Below are positions 1 to 13,583 of a stretch of 64,000 bases of DNA, one piece after another. The stretch is taken from assembly GCA_040285855.1 (NCBI GenBank), contig JAUFOQ010000013.1:682001-746000 (forward strand). Direction: 5' to 3'. The notes below the pieces were generated by a model. It was not told the origin of the DNA. It ran no database searches and worked only from the letters and a program-made list of their open reading frames with translations. Position numbers and translations under genes: made by a program. Numbering within the stretch: the first letter of the stretch is position 1; every line of letters starts with the position of its first letter. The stretch is from Eukaryota sp. GEM-RC1. Lineage: Eukaryota.

Positions 1-115
1 CATTAAACCAGAACTCTCTACAGAACAATCCGCTTCACTCGATCATCTCAAGTCCTTTCAGCCATCCCTGTCTCTCCAACTTCTCTCTATAAAGTCGTTT
101 AAAAGGAATGCTCCA

Positions 116-1530
116 ATGAGAGAGTTTGTGGACAGAGATCACCGACGTTTGTTTCAGATTGCACCAGTAATTCCTGAAGGAAATGAGAATGTGGAGGTTT
201 TTGAATTTTTTAAAAATGCCAAGATTTTTGCTGAGTTGGGAAGTTTGAGAAAATCGCTTTATAACAAAATTAGTGACGCTGAATCGGCAAAGGAAAGAGT
301 TCAATCAAAACTGATTAGTCTTGAGAAGTCAGAGGAAAGTGTCATAATGCAACGAAATGACGTGGAGGAAGTCTTAGAGCAATTAACGCAGTTTAAATCA
401 ATCTATGTTGATATTTCCAGTAAGATTAATGTTGAAGTAATGGATCCCGAATATATTTTTAAAAATGTTATTGATTTTTTGATCTTCTCAAAGGAAACTT
501 TTGAAGCGGTTTATCACAAATTCAGCCTGTCAAAGTTTTTTCTTTCCATTGTTTACTAATATAGTTTTTGTCAAATACTTTGAAGGTTGGGAACCTGTTC
601 TTGACGTTAGTAGAGGATTTGAATTATTTCAAAATTTACACAAAATTTTAGTTGTTGAATCCGAAGCTGACTCTTTTGACGAGATCTTTTCTACTACCAG
701 ATTGTCTACCACCGACACTCACGTTTATAACGAACTGTTTCGAGTTTCTGTTTTTGAAAAGTTTAAAATTTGTCTACTCCAAATTGATTCGACCAATATT
801 TTCCAGTCTTGTCATTTTTTAAAAACATGGAAACCACTATTTCCCTCTACTTTTTTCGGAATTTGCATCTCCCATTTAATTAAAAATTTAAAAAAGTATC
901 TCAACGAGGAACTGTGCTCAATAGACTTTATTGTTCAAGTCTTTGCCAATTGTTGTGAAGTTTTACTTATTCATGAACGTGAAGAACTGTCGTCAATCTT
1001 CTACGACTATTTTCAATCAAATTTTAAATATTTTGTTGCAAATAGCCACTTGTTTCTATTACATTCGACTGATGTATTCTCTTTAAAGTCGTTGTTTACT
1101 GCAGTCCATTGGAAGAAATTCACTTCAGAGGTGTTGATTCCGGTTGTTGACCATCATATAACCAATCTCGACCTAAAACAATCACTGAAATTAGAATCAA
1201 ATTTGATTGACGGATTGATGAGGTATTACTTTGGTTTAGAAGAGATTCGGTCCATTTTTGTGATGTTTTAATCTCGAAATTTTGTGAATATTTAAAAGTT
1301 TGTGATAACGACCTGGCTGATTTGGGAGATGTTTACTGTTTATGGAAGGAGAATTTCTCCTCGATATGGATGGATCAATTCTTTCAATCAAAATTTAAAC
1401 CCGTCATTATTAAATTTTTGTTGAAGTTTTCCAAATAGAAAGCCATTGCATCGTCGACTTTTAAGACCCATTGCTCATCCTGTGATTGATTGTGGTCAAA
1501 ATCGGTCATTTATGAGTGATTGCTCTCATT
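116..1530 (+). CDS. Helical protein, possibly TFIP11/Ntr1-like (GCFC-type) splicing factor; split by frameshifts, boundaries approximate
   Basis: Overlapping ORFs 116..559 and 501..1271 join near a T-run at ~535-545. A coiled-coil is followed by YFEGWEPVLD and FLKTWKPLFP segments, reminiscent of TFIP11 WDP/W.PLLP motifs. Confidence 0.3.
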
Positions 1531-2118
1531 AGTTCTTTTTTCTTTTTTACTAGTTTTTGAGCCTTTCCTTCAAAGAAAACAGACAATCATTTCTAACTGA
1601 TTTGAAATCTGATTGTAGTATTAGTATCAGAATTTGGTGCCCAAAAACCAAAGTATTGTCAGGATCTTGTTTATTGCTCAGACTTTTGTACAGATCGTGT
1701 ATACTTTTCTACCAGTCTTAGTTTTCTATCAAATTAATACATATCATTTTCATGCAATCAAGCTTAACTGTCAAATACACCTAGATACAGTTATCCGATC
1801 GACTCAACTCAGGATACGTGACTCGAGTCTACACTCGAAATCAAGATCAAAACAGTTGCGATCTGACTTTCCATCGAAGTCATCCTTAAACAAAAGTCAA
1901 ATAACGTACTACAATACAATATTTATTTGATCACACTGAGAACTCAATACGAGATTATAATCATGTCAGGGATATTCGTAAAGTCATTCAACGACCTGAT
2001 ATTACCATGTTTGTCATGGTGATGCATCAACATGATCATAACGTCTCTTCTTAGATCGAGATTCAAGTCAATCAGAAGGTGGAACAACACTACTTAAAGA
2101 CTTGAGTCGAGTGCTAGT

Positions 2119-2740
2119 CAGGGATTCCTAAAGTAGTCCACTTTTCAGAATTAAAGTAAAGTAGTGTACACTACTTTACTTTATACTACTTTACTTTACA
2201 CTTTAACATACTTTAAGAATGTATAAAGTGATCCTTCATCTTACAGTTTTGTTCTTCAAACATCTCTTCATTTTTTTGACTTCTCTTCCTTCCTAGGGAT
2301 GGAAGACTCTGTAAAGTAGTGAAAGTAGTCTCTAGAACATGCGCGCGGTTCCGTTTTAAGCGGTGTGACGCCGTCCATTTTGTCAAGTTGTAACAAAAAA
2401 TCTTGCAACTCACCCAGGTGGACAATGGAAGGACATTTCTTGTGTGATCTACCTTCCCAGCGTCCAGTATCACTCTGTAGCAACACTGGACTTCCAGGTT
2501 CACAAGTGAAAACTTGAGTGCTTACCCACTCTTGATATGTATAGTGTAGATTTTGTAGTTTTTGGTGAGTTTCTACTTTTTAAAGTATGTTTTAATACTT
2601 ACTTTCGAAAGTAATAGATGTATATGGGATGGCTCGAGACACCCTAGCAATCAAGAAAGAAAGTGCTTAAAGTACTGAAAATATCTTAAAGTAAAGTAAA
2701 GTAAAGTGCTTAAAGTACTTTACTACTTTAGGAATCCCTG
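2119..2740. mobile_element. Non-autonomous hAT-type element (MITE)
   Basis: TIR CAGGGATTCCTAAAGTAGT / ACTACTTTAGGAATCCCTG. Perfect 8-bp TSD GTGCTAGT (2111-2118, 2741-2748). Subterminal AAAGT/ACTTT repeats. Confidence 0.9.
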
Positions 2741-3083
2741 GTGCTAGTCGAGTACCGTTGAGTCACGGCGGGATTAGCAACTCTAGATGCCAATATCTTC
2801 TTGAGAACCACTTGACATGGGCCATCCCTACAGGGACCGCCTTCTGCATACAACACTTCTACTTCAATCGTGAATATCACATAACCAGAGACTCTACTTC
2901 GGGTAAGTCACAGTAGCGGTGTTCAACTAAAAACAGAACATCATCTGTTTTTGCTTAAGCCTGAAGTAAGTTCGTGTATTGGCTGACAATACCAGTGGAA
3001 CATTGAAACCGCTTTTGGAAGAGGATTTAGATCGAATTGATTGATTGCAGAATTAGACTGGAGGGCGCCCATATTTTTTCCCT

Positions 3084-4151
3084 ATGTACCAACCTCAACA
3101 ACCAATGATGATGGCCCAGCCTATGATGATGGCCCAACCAATGATGGTCCCTGTCCAACAGCCTATGTACCAGCAGCCAGGTTTCGTCCAAAACCAAGTT
3201 CAGCGTATTAAACAGATGCCTCCCAAGAAGAAGGGATGTTGTGGATGCCTTTGCTGCTTACTCCTTATCATACTTATTTTGGCCATCGTTGCTTTGGTCC
3301 TCAAAATCACACAATGTTCTTCCCTCGATTACGACAGCTCCTGGACCGTTGAAGATGTTTCCAAGGGCTTCCGCATCCGCGCTATGAAAGGTACTTTCAT
3401 GACTGACGATTGCTCCAAAATTGACTGTGAAAGTCCCACTCTTCGCTTCACCCACAGAAACTCTCGGGATTTCTTCCCAGATCCGGCTAAGAACAAGAAG
3501 AATGAGGCTGGTATTTATGAATTCGAAGCTACTGAAGATGCTCTAAACTGGGTTGTAGACTGCTACACTGTTGATGTTGTTCTCTACTTACCTTCCGGAA
3601 GACATACCATTGACCTCATTGAACTAGATTTCGACCTCGGCTTCATTACTGACAAGTCTCATTTCACAAAAGACGAACCTTTCTACTTCTCCCATGAGAT
3701 TGTTGTTCCCTCCTTCAAGGTCACTCTTCGAAAGGAAACTACCTATGTCCGCAACCTTTACACAGAAAAAGCTACTCTTGATACCACCGCAGATGCCGCT
3801 GTCACTTTGATGGCTAGTGCTGTAAAAGACCGTGGACTCACAGTTAAGACCAACTACGGAACCCAGAAAATCAGAGTAATGTTTGAAGATCTCGCTACTG
3901 GTCATACAGTTAAAATGACATCTGGTACCGGAAATGTTGCTCTCACTATTGACGAAAGTGTTATTGGTGGTAACCTTGAAGTTTCTCGTCAACGAGGTGA
4001 CGATTACAGACCATTTATTCTTAATTCTGATGAAGAATCAACGCCGTATGATGAAGATTTTGGTGTACCAACGATGAAGAACAACTTTTCAATTGAAACC
4101 AAGTCTAGAGTAGATCCAGGAACGATTACTGTCAAACTGCCCTCCTTGTAG
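3084..4151 (+). CDS. Type II membrane protein: P/Q/M-rich N-terminus, Cys-rich juxtamembrane motif, one TM helix, beta-rich (DUF4097/adhesin-like) ectodomain
   Basis: 355-aa ORF with coding-like composition. KKKGCCGCLCCLLLIILILAIVALVL TM segment; repeated short beta motifs (VKTNYG, MTSGTGNV). Confidence 0.7.
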   Translation: MYQPQQPMMMAQPMMMAQPMMVPVQQPMYQQPGFVQNQVQRIKQMPPKKKGCCGCLCCLLLIILILAIVALVLKITQCSSLDYDSSWTVEDVSKGFRIRAMKGTFMTDDCSKIDCESPTLRFTHRNSRDFFPDPAKNKKNEAGIYEFEATEDALNWVVDCYTVDVVLYLPSGRHTIDLIELDFDLGFITDKSHFTKDEPFYFSHEIVVPSFKVTLRKETTYVRNLYTEKATLDTTADAAVTLMASAVKDRGLTVKTNYGTQKIRVMFEDLATGHTVKMTSGTGNVALTIDESVIGGNLEVSRQRGDDYRPFILNSDEESTPYDEDFGVPTMKNNFSIETKSRVDPGTITVKLPSL

Positions 4152-4324
4152 ATATTTGCACCTTTTTAGATATAAACTTTCATTCATTACGTGTCCTCTA
4201 ATCATCTCTCAAGGCTTATCGAAACATTTGAGAAGGAGGTGAGATGACGAATCAATCACCAAAATTGCATTTCAACTGAACAGCGTAGGCTTAGAACAAA
4301 ACAGTGTTGTTCTGATACTATCTC

Positions 4325-4975
4325 ATGAAAACAACTCCTTCAATCGTCAGCTTCTCTAGTTCTCGGAAGATTCCTCGTTCTAGTTTACCAGTATCAAGAT
4401 CTAAATCTACTAGAACTACCTTCCAACCAGCCCCTTCATTCATTACCACAGCTCCTCCTCTACATGTCTTGCCCACCAATACCTCTCCTACTGTTCTTAT
4501 CGAACCATTTGATTTTGATGATGAATCTCCAACAATCAACATCACTTTATCACCTACACAGTTCTCTCACAAATCTCCTCGCCACCTATCCATTTCTAAA
4601 CCTTCTTATCCACTCAACGTCACTCAAATTGAAACATATCCTGAACACACTGATGATTCCCTCTCTATTGACGAATTCTCTCCATCCTCAGATCCTCTCG
4701 AAGCTACATCTCCTTCCAGATTCAATCGTCACTTCCCTTCCGTCATTGTGACCCCCAGGCCTGACTACCATGAGCCTTTCTCTGATTCACCTGCCTCTTC
4801 TCCCTCTGTAGCTTATGAGCCAGTACGTCATCCAGTTGTTGAAGAGGAGGATGACCTTGATGATCCAGCATTTGGTTCATTTCCTTTCTTGTCGGTTTAC
4901 AGTCCTGCAGCGATTGATTCTTCGTCTTTCCTACCCTGTCAACGACAACTTCAGTCATTGTATAACCTTCTGTGA
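4325..4975 (+). CDS. Ser/Pro-rich hypothetical protein
   Basis: 216-aa ATG-initiated low-complexity ORF. Confidence 0.55.
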   Translation: MKTTPSIVSFSSSRKIPRSSLPVSRSKSTRTTFQPAPSFITTAPPLHVLPTNTSPTVLIEPFDFDDESPTINITLSPTQFSHKSPRHLSISKPSYPLNVTQIETYPEHTDDSLSIDEFSPSSDPLEATSPSRFNRHFPSVIVTPRPDYHEPFSDSPASSPSVAYEPVRHPVVEEEDDLDDPAFGSFPFLSVYSPAAIDSSSFLPCQRQLQSLYNLL

Positions 4976-5759
4976 GTAGTTCTATTTCCGTCAAATTTGC
5001 ATTATGTAGTAATTATTCATCTTAATTTTGATTGAGTCGATTTTAGGATGATTAACTGATGTGATTGTGATTTTGCTTGAATCAAATTGTGTGATGATGA
5101 TAGATTTCGGAACGTCACCATATTTCCTGCATTATTCTAGTGTTGTTATTACATTTTTTTCAAAAGATGACAAACACTGTACTTTCTAATGCTGAGATCT
5201 GGTCTTCTTTTAGGTTGTTTTAAGATCCTTCACATTGGAAAAGCCTCGTCAATTATTAAATTATTACGGTGTTTCATCTGTTCTATCAGTTTGAACTGGA
5301 AGTAATGTTAATGAATGAACGATTTTGGGTATTTTTTCTTTTATGATTTGTTTACTCACTTGTTCTTTAGTTGTTGTAGGAACATTTGTAGTTGTTTTTG
5401 ATAAGAACTGTGGATACCCATGTCTATCTATTACTATTAAGAGATTTTCTATTTTATAATGGTTACTTTATAAATGAAAACAATCGCAATTGCTCAGAAG
5501 TGTTTTTGTTTCCATTATTATCTCAATGATAGTCTCCATAAAAGATCTACGATTGCATCACGAACAGCTTTTTCAGTCAAAAGACAATCAAGTATCGAAA
5601 TCGATTGAGTGTTATTTTGAGCTGATTTTAGGGAGTTTCAGCATACCAAGTGAATACATTTTTTCAATCAATTTTGATTGGTACATAGGTGAGACTCAAT
5701 AATTCAAAATAATTTTACAAGTAATTAATCCCGTTTATATTTATTCACAAAAAATACAA

Positions 5760-6669
5760 TTATTGATTCTCAATAAATCTCTTTGGTAGCGTCATTACAA
5801 TTCTATTAACTTGATGATTCTTAATGATTCTATGCTTCAAATGAGTGAAGAGTTGAGTATTGTTAAAGTTGAGATTGTCCTTAAAGCTAAGTCTTGATTC
5901 CAGCTTGGCAGTGTTGACGTTAATAGTGGCATTAGCTCGAGCTTCAGCGGCTAACAACGTAGCGGTGGCGTCTGCTGTAGCCAACTGGAGGTTGATCTCA
6001 GCATCAATGTCAGCTACGGAGAGTTGTTGTTCCATTGAAATTCTGGTGGTAGCTTGGTTGTAAACAGCTTGTTGGATGGCTTTAGAGGCAACCCGAGCTT
6101 CGTTGATGGCGTCCTGGACCCTGTTAGGAATGGCGAAGTTGATCATATCGAAGTAGGGAACGGTGGCGCCCACGGTTTCCAAAGAGGGTGTCAAGATCAT
6201 CATGTAGAGTTTGCTTGAGGCGAGCGCGGTCTTCAAAGAAGTCGACTACGTTAAATGTTGATGTAGTTAGTCTGACTGAATGGTGAACCATCTTGACAAA
6301 GACTTCTTCGTAATTTTGGAGGAACCGGGTGAAGATGTCAGCTATGGCCTTGCGTTTCAGTTGGTAATGGACTCTAACTGCCATTGTGATAGGTAGTTGG
6401 TCCCTCGATCTTACAGTCATGGAGTTGTCAGGGATAGAGATGGTAATTATGTGGGAAGGGAAGGTGAGGAACTCGGAAAAGGCGCCAATGTAATGCAATC
6501 CTGGACCATAATCGTTTTCGAGATCCACGGTTGCAGACATGGTATCGTAACGGAGCCCATACTCATAAAACTCCAGACGTTCAAAACCAATTAGAACATA
6601 GAAGAAAATCAGAAGGAGAAAGACAATAACAGAGCCTATAAAGAAGCGGATCCTGTCAGTTGAGTTCAT
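5760..6669 (-). CDS. SPFH/band-7 (prohibitin-like) membrane protein, one frameshift at ~6180
   Basis: N-terminal TM helix, YGPGLHYIG, VRSRDQLPITMAVRVHYQL, C-terminal Ala-rich coiled coil (AEARANA). ORFs 6124..6741 and 5760..6236 join. Confidence 0.8.
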
Positions 6670-6708
6670 GAGAATGAGGTCTAGGTTAAATTGTTGGAAT
6701 TCCAAGAA

Positions 6709-7089
6709 ATGGATAAGGCTGGACTGGTTGAACGTTCTCAACGCGAGGGCTTACTGTACATACTCTTCTATGATGATCAGTGCCCACTTTCTGTTCAGAG
6801 TCTTTCCTCTTTCGAAGTTCTGCAACAAACTGATGCAGTTTTTTCAAAGTGTTCCCATGCCATAAATGCTCGTTATTCTTCTGATCTTGCATCACAATTC
6901 GGTATCTATGCTCTACCTTCTGTTGTTCTCCTACAGAATGGCAAACCTGTTCTTTTTAAGGACGGATGTGATCTCCCAAAACCGCTCTATGCTGGACCAT
7001 TGGATGACTCAATTCTGAAGCAAATTACTTCTCAAATGTCTTATATTCTTTCCCATTTGAATGAACACCATTTCGTTGTTGTAGATTAA
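6709..7089 (+). CDS. Thioredoxin-fold protein lacking CxxC
   Basis: LYILFYDDQCPLS, DLASQFGIYALPSVVLLQNGKPV (cis-Pro loop pattern of the Trx fold). Confidence 0.7.
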   Translation: MDKAGLVERSQREGLLYILFYDDQCPLSVQSLSSFEVLQQTDAVFSKCSHAINARYSSDLASQFGIYALPSVVLLQNGKPVLFKDGCDLPKPLYAGPLDDSILKQITSQMSYILSHLNEHHFVVVD

Positions 7090-7328
7090 TGTTTCTCAGC
7101 TTATTCTTTCTCTGTATACCGGTCTTTTTTGTATATCTGTTTTATGTTTTCTGTTGTTGGATTTTTCTCTTCGTCATTTTTTTTTAATTCGTAATTTTAT
7201 CTCACCTTCATGATGTGTACTCAATGAACATTTGTACAAATAATTTTCAATTTACAAAGAAAACAAAAAAAATGCAAATATAATACAAGAAATTGCAAAA
7301 ACTAAATAATTAAAATATCACTGGCCCC

Positions 7329-8314
7329 CTATTTCCAATGCCAGTCACATTTAACCTCAGTAATATCCGTTACTGAAGTACCTAGGGTGGCACTACAAAG
7401 ATTCCTAAACACTGAAACCCAATGGTCATAATCAGGTTCCTCATCATAACCAAGACGTCTAACATAATTCACAAAGTCAACAAACTCAATAGGAATATTC
7501 TTACACCAAATACTGGGAGCGGTACACTTCTTCTTACGTATTTGGTCTAGAAGCTCGTCTCTCCCCATTCTTGGATTAGAATCAACTTCCCACCAAGGGA
7601 GAGTTCCTTTGAGGAAGTAGATGAGGGTGTAGCTTATGCTCTCGAGATCATCTCTCCGACTGAGAACCACGCCGTTGTGACTATTTATAGATGCGAATCG
7701 GGGGGTTCCAATGAGAGACACGTCATCTGATTGACCATACGCCACGTGCTCCTTTGTTGTGGGATCACGCCAGTAGGTTGTTAGACCGAAATCAATCATT
7801 CGTAGTTCATTTTGAGCGCTGTCTAAACCCATGAGGAAATTAGCTGGTTTGATATCACGATGGAGAAAACCATGCTCGTGGAGAGATTTGACGATTTGCA
7901 GCATAAGAACAGCTAGTACGCAGCAAGTGGAGGTAGAGAACTTTTTGTGATTTGTAGAAACATATTCATTAACAAGCTGAAAGACGTCTTCTATAGAAGG
8001 ACCAAGAAGTCGCATAACAAGAGCACGGAAACCGTTCTGTTCACCATACCACAGAAAGTCAGGAGGACTGGTGGGAGGAATTAGGAAAGGTCCGACTTCC
8101 TCATAGACTTTAGCTTCCCAGGCTAAGAGGGACTTACGGCCACGCCGTTTTTTCTCGATTTTGACAGCAATGGCGTCATGGGTATCAATGATTTCACCAC
8201 TGAATACGGATCCGAAGAACCAGAACCAACACGTTTGTTGGTATCACAGAAGAATCGATTGGCAAAGATCAGTTGATTGTCATTAGAAGAGGCTTTAAAG
8301 CAGGGGCAAAACAT
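7329..8314 (-). CDS. Casein kinase 1 family kinase (5' part frameshifted)
   Basis: LLGPSIED, HRDIKPANFL, IDFGL, GTPRFASINSH, SRRDDLES, LPW. GSGS(F)G and AVKIE motifs lie in shifted frames upstream. Confidence 0.92.
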
Positions 8315-8957
8315 TCATGAACAGGACGAAGAAAAATCTTGGTTTCCAAACTCAACTTCCATGAGTTATTTAGAGCCTTACAGCAATCAAATGATCTCAA
8401 TTTCTGATGAAAATCACTAACAGACTGTTGAAATGGTCAACTCAGATTATTCAATTAATATTAGCATTCGGTGTCCCGTTTCATAATGTACTATATGTAG
8501 TGCTATACGTTGATGTTAATACACCCACTTTCTTATTTTGAAGAATCCACTTTAATTATTTGAAATCTAGGTTCTATTAATAAAACGATTTCTATAAAGG
8601 TTTACTAAATGATAATAATCTGGAAAAAAACTATACCATCCCCAACAAGGACTTTTAAATGGAAGAATCAACATCCAATCAATCAAACCTATTTCGGAAG
8701 GTGATAGAATTGGGTTTAAACCTTTAGGTTAAATCCTCTAAATAAGAACAGTAAATGAGATCTTGATTAAAAAATTCGAGTAATTCTTAAACTGTACAAT
8801 TGTGGGTCACCTGTTTCAACTTCCATACAACAATTAGGTCAGATCTTTCTGTTGACTTCCGTTGACTAGTTTAGATCACATAATTTCAAAAGAGAACTTG
8901 ACAGCCACAGTTTGAAGAGTTTTTCAACTTGCAAATGTTTAAAACTGAGAAAAATAG

Positions 8958-9461
8958 TCATGACGTCATCCAATCGATCAAACCATTAAAGCAAGTTGAA
9001 TCATTGGAAAAAGTCCTGACATGAAAAGAATAAAAACAAAGTCTAAACCTCTCAATGACGATGTTGAGAGGATCCCAGTGGGTGACATCACATCCAAAGC
9101 CATTGAGAAGAACAAGAACAGAGAAAGAGAATGAGTTTGGCATTGAACTTAATCCTTGGAGAAAACTCAAACAATCAAAAACTGAAGTATCAAAAGAGAG
9201 ATCATCAACAATGAATAGAAACTTAGAGAAGTTTGAAGAAAAGTCCATCCAAAGAGAAAGAATGGATGAACCAAGTTCAGTTATGTTAATGGAGATGGCA
9301 TTGGAGTGAAGGGTGTAGGACTCTCTGCCAACTGTGGATCTACATCTTGGACAGTCTGAGATGGAAGGAACTTGGTTGTGTCTGAGAAAATACTTGAGAG
9401 ATTCGACGAGTAATGACTTTCCACTGTTTGCTGATCCAAGAAGAAGAATAGAACTGGACAT
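8958..9461 (-). CDS. ARF-like small GTPase, ARL16-like
   Basis: ILLLGSANSGKS P-loop, STVG, ITELGS in place of DxxG (typical of ARL16), FLFIVD. Confidence 0.65.
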   Translation of the reverse strand: MSSSILLLGSANSGKSLLVESLKYFLRHNQVPSISDCPRCRSTVGRESYTLHSNAISINITELGSSILSLWMDFSSNFSKFLFIVDDLSFDTSVFDCLSFLQGLSSMPNSFSFSVLVLLNGFGCDVTHWDPLNIVIERFRLCFYSFHVRTFSNDSTCFNGLIDWMTS

Positions 9462-10849
9462 TGTAAAGGATTGGAATGTTAAATGAGACGGTTTCAAGTA
9501 AAAGGGATGTACTAGACAATGGAAGAGAATTCGTTTTCCAGAATAATGTACCAGTAGTAGTAATTAGAATCTTTAATTTAAGAACACTGTTCATGAATGT
9601 GCCCTCAAGTAGTATTGTTGGAGAAGTTCTGTAATATAAGAGTTTCTTTCAACACTGAATTAATACATACTAATCAATTGGAAGTTCAGACCTTACATTT
9701 CCTGCAAAGATGTGTAGAACTCATATAAAACAGAAGTACGTTATCTAACAACAACCACATCCTGTGAACCACTCACTGTCCCTATAGCTTGCAGAGTAAA
9801 CCTTTTTTATCACAAAGATAATTCATTTTAATTGTATTTCCATTACATGTACTTGCTTTAGATCGTGCTTATTTAAGTCAATGCGGGACGGTGTTTTTCA
9901 ACGGTTTTTTAATACTACTAACATTTTGAATGTTCTTGTCATGAAGGAACATTATTTGTATTTAGTTTCGGTGTGAAGTTCACACTGACAACACACTTTT
10001 AACGATGTTTAGTCGGCAAAAACAAGAACAAACAAAAGCCGGGTTGACATTGGTTTGTATTCTAGTGATGGTTAAAATGGCTTCCCATTTTTTTAACTGA
10101 GTTTTGGACCTATGTGTAAGTTTCAGAATAAGAGACTGAACTTATTAATTTGGCATAACGGTTTGATTTATTCTCTGTTTTTATGTGTTCCCAAATTTGT
10201 GCAATCTATTATTCAGAAGTTGAAGAACTTCGGTACTGTTGACCACGAACTTTGTACGACTAGTTTTTCATAGCTTTTATTTTTGGTATTTCTTTTTGTC
10301 TTTTCATCTACAAACATTTAATAAACGTATATTACTACTCAAGAAAGAAATAGTCTCTCTTAAACAATTCTTATTTGAAAGTGTATAGGACTAGATTAGT
10401 CTCAGTGAGACTAATTACCTGTATTGTTGTAGTTTACTTAGAATTCCTAGGAATCACACTTGCAACTTCTTAGATAGTGCTGTTGTAGCAATGAAACATT
10501 TTTTACTGTGATGTCATCTTTACACTGTTAGTTGGTTTAGAAATTTATTAAATATTCAATTTGAGCACTTGCACAATACAACAAACATTTTATGAAACGA
10601 TGACTAGTAGTTCAGGAACACACAATTACAAATAGTGTTTTCAACATCAAGGTCAAAGTGCTTGAAATCAGTTTCAAGCATAATTGTTGATGACAAAAAC
10701 AATGTCATAACATGTTATAACATATATGAAATATCTTGTGATAACATTGCGTCTGTTTATAGTACAATTTTATATAATTGACTAAGTACACTCAGTACAC
10801 CCAGTGCGAAGTATGTTACCGCACTCACTTACTGTTAACTGTCTCTTGC

Positions 10850-11984
10850 CAATTTTTGAATACAATACCTCAGCATTGTGATTGAATACAGTATTCTAGT
10901 ATTCATTTTGATGCCACGTTGATGCAATTTGCTTCAGACTAAAATGAAACATAACTTTGTGGTGTACTTGTATCTAGGACTGTGCAGGTTCGGGTTTAGG
11001 TTTCAAACCAAACCTTTTTTTACTAAACCTAGCTGAACCTAAACCTTTTTTAATAAAACCAAACCAAACCTAAACCTTTTTTAATAAAACCAAACCTAAA
11101 CCTTCAGTTTCAGAACTGTAGGAAAATGAAACACATTTCATTTCAATAACCCTCTGACTCTTACATTATGTATGAACGATCTTAACGCTTCTTCTCGGTA
11201 TCCAATCAACTTCTGTTTGTTGTGAACAGGTTTTTTCTTCTGCTGGACGCACAGTTACAGAATATAGAGCTTCTCTGTCCGATGAAAGTATACAAGCACT
11301 TGTCAGTCTCAAAGATTGGAGACGGTTTTTGAAAAGAAAAGTAGCACCACTAGTAGTTGTTTGTGATACTCGAGCATTAATAATAAAGCTCATCCAGTAC
11401 TACCGTAAGAACAACTTTATTTTGACAGTGTTCCACTAAACTACAGTGTATTTTTAATTCATAATACATATCGGGTTTACTAGGTTTGAACCTAAACCTT
11501 TTTTTACAAAACCTAGCTGAACCTAAACCTAAAACTTAAAAACCTAGCTGAACCTAAACCCATTTTTGGAAAACCCAAACCTACACAGTCCTACTCTCAT
11601 AGCTCAACAAACTGGAACTGAATTTTTTGAAACTTATAACCATTACTATTACTACGAAGAAAGTTGTACAAAATGCAGGTATCTTGTAGCGATATTTGCA
11701 GTGAAGAGGTGTTTCGCCTTTATTTTTTAAAGAATAACGAACTGTCCTAAAAGGAACGTCACTAAAATTGAATTCAGACGAAGAGTCTGTCTATTTATTA
11801 TCACTCATTGAGTCTTTTGCAACACTAAAATCGAGAAAACACGATTCTTACTCAAACAATGTATTTGGTGCACCAACGTACACACTGTAAAACTACAATT
11901 ACTAAAACACTATTTAACTTTTTGTACTGCACTCAGTGCGCACATACCCAGAGCGAGCAAACAAACGACGTACTTGGTAACTTA
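10850..11984. repeat. Dispersed repeat (degenerate DNA-transposon-like), inverted homolog of ~38185-40210
   Basis: Aligns by eye with the reverse complement of 38185-38540 and 40040-40210 (e.g. AATGCAGGTATC.., GAAGAGGTGTTTCGC, TAAGTTACC.AGT.CG). Confidence 0.7.
10975..11593. mobile_element. hAT-like MITE with AAACC/AACCT subterminal repeats
   Basis: TIR TAGGACTGTGCAGGTTCGGGTTT vs reverse complement TAGGACTGTGTAGGTTTGGGTTT. TSD degraded. An empty-site homolog lies at ~40085-40105 on the minus strand. Confidence 0.8.
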
Positions 11985-13583
11985 GATAATTAATTTGTTG
12001 AATCTGCAACATCATTACTTGAAATCTTTGTGAAGATTGTAAAACAAAAACACCTAGAAATTTTGATCTTAGATTTTGGAAAAATCGAATTGTGTTTGCT
12101 ATCGTTAAAGGTATGGTGACTTTATTATCTAGCGCTTTATTATCTCTTGGCAGACATTATGAGGACAAAGTAGCGTGAGAATTTTCAAACAGTCCATCGG
12201 GACTTTGAGGATATTCATTATTAGATGTATGTACACTGTAGCGTTGTTGTCTATTACATTTAGAATAAATAGTACGTAACTAAAAAAAAGTACAGTACAA
12301 TGTACCAGTGTTCGAAAACACACGTGTCATTCAGAAAACAAGGATCATGGAGTGAAACAAAAAATGAAAATTAATTACCACCAATAAATAGTACATTCGT
12401 GTTTGTGTTTTGTGTAGGATTATTTGTTTGTTTTCGACTGTAGTTTTCACTTAAATGATCTTCCACTAAAATGAAATATTAGAATTAAATGAAGGAAACT
12501 GTTGACCTGCAAACAACACAAATAGTAATACTTAATATTAAAAACATTCATTTGAAATCAGTTTTGACGGATATTCCTCAAGTCCTGAACCTTAGAAGCT
12601 CAATACAGAAACTGAAGGGGAATCTGATGACACTCTTGTTGTTCTTCAGGATTCTATGGGATTGGTTGAAAAGATTGATGTTGAATGGGCAATTCATCAC
12701 AGATAGATCGTGTGTGCAGAACTTATGAGGAAAACAGAGTAGAGGCAATGATCACAACTGATGAATTGCTAACAGTAGTTTTGTTTTTGTGTGAGTTTCT
12801 ACATCACAAATCTGCTTAATAGCAGTTGGTGTTTCATAAAAGGTTATCACAAATATCCTTTGTTATGACACGTGATAGTAGGTTATCACATTGTGTTATT
12901 GTGATTGTGTGATAACGTGTGATCACAAATAGAAGTTGGTTGTTATCAACAGGAATGGTTTCAAGACTTCCTCGGACCTTTAATGTATCTAAAGGAGTTA
13001 GATTTATCTCTAACAATCAAAAAGCGGTAAAACTGTTAATTATACAATTAAATTATCATCAAACAACTTGGCCAAAATGTAATAAACGTATCTATCAATT
13101 GACTTAAGAAGCAGAAGAGTTAATATAATCCTATTTATACAGGTTACATTTTTTAGCAAATTCTGAACTCAGTTTTCCAAAGCAACTCAAAAACTCTTTA
13201 GTGTAACTGCTACAATGATAGAAAAGATAAAAAATACTTTGAGAAGACAACACTATGGTGGATATCTAGAAGTGTTTGTATTAATGAAGGAATTTTGCAA
13301 ATGCAAATTCCTTAGTGTGAGTTGAAGTCTACAAGTGACTTGAGTTGGAGTGAAGTGACACATCACCAAAAATGACTAAATAGGTTTAGGATAGGATGGT
13401 AAGTTGAAACATCATTATAAAACTTGGCAATAGGGCAAACATATCCAAAGATTTCCAGAAGTTTATTGTATGTAAATGAACTTTCTATATTTTATATAAT
13501 ATATCAATAAGAATACATACGGAAGATGATGATGGAAGAAGAAAACGTCATCAATTGACAAGAAGTGAGTTAACAAAAGAGAA

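Noticed and set aside
1780..2790. Possible older element surrounding the 2119-2740 MITE (GACTC/GAGTC-rich)
   Set aside because: The ends match only loosely and no TSD was found; not supportable as a defined feature.
10990..11580. AAACCT/AAACC repeats as telomeric repeats
   Set aside because: They are irregular, internal and confined between TIRs, so they are MITE subterminal repeats.
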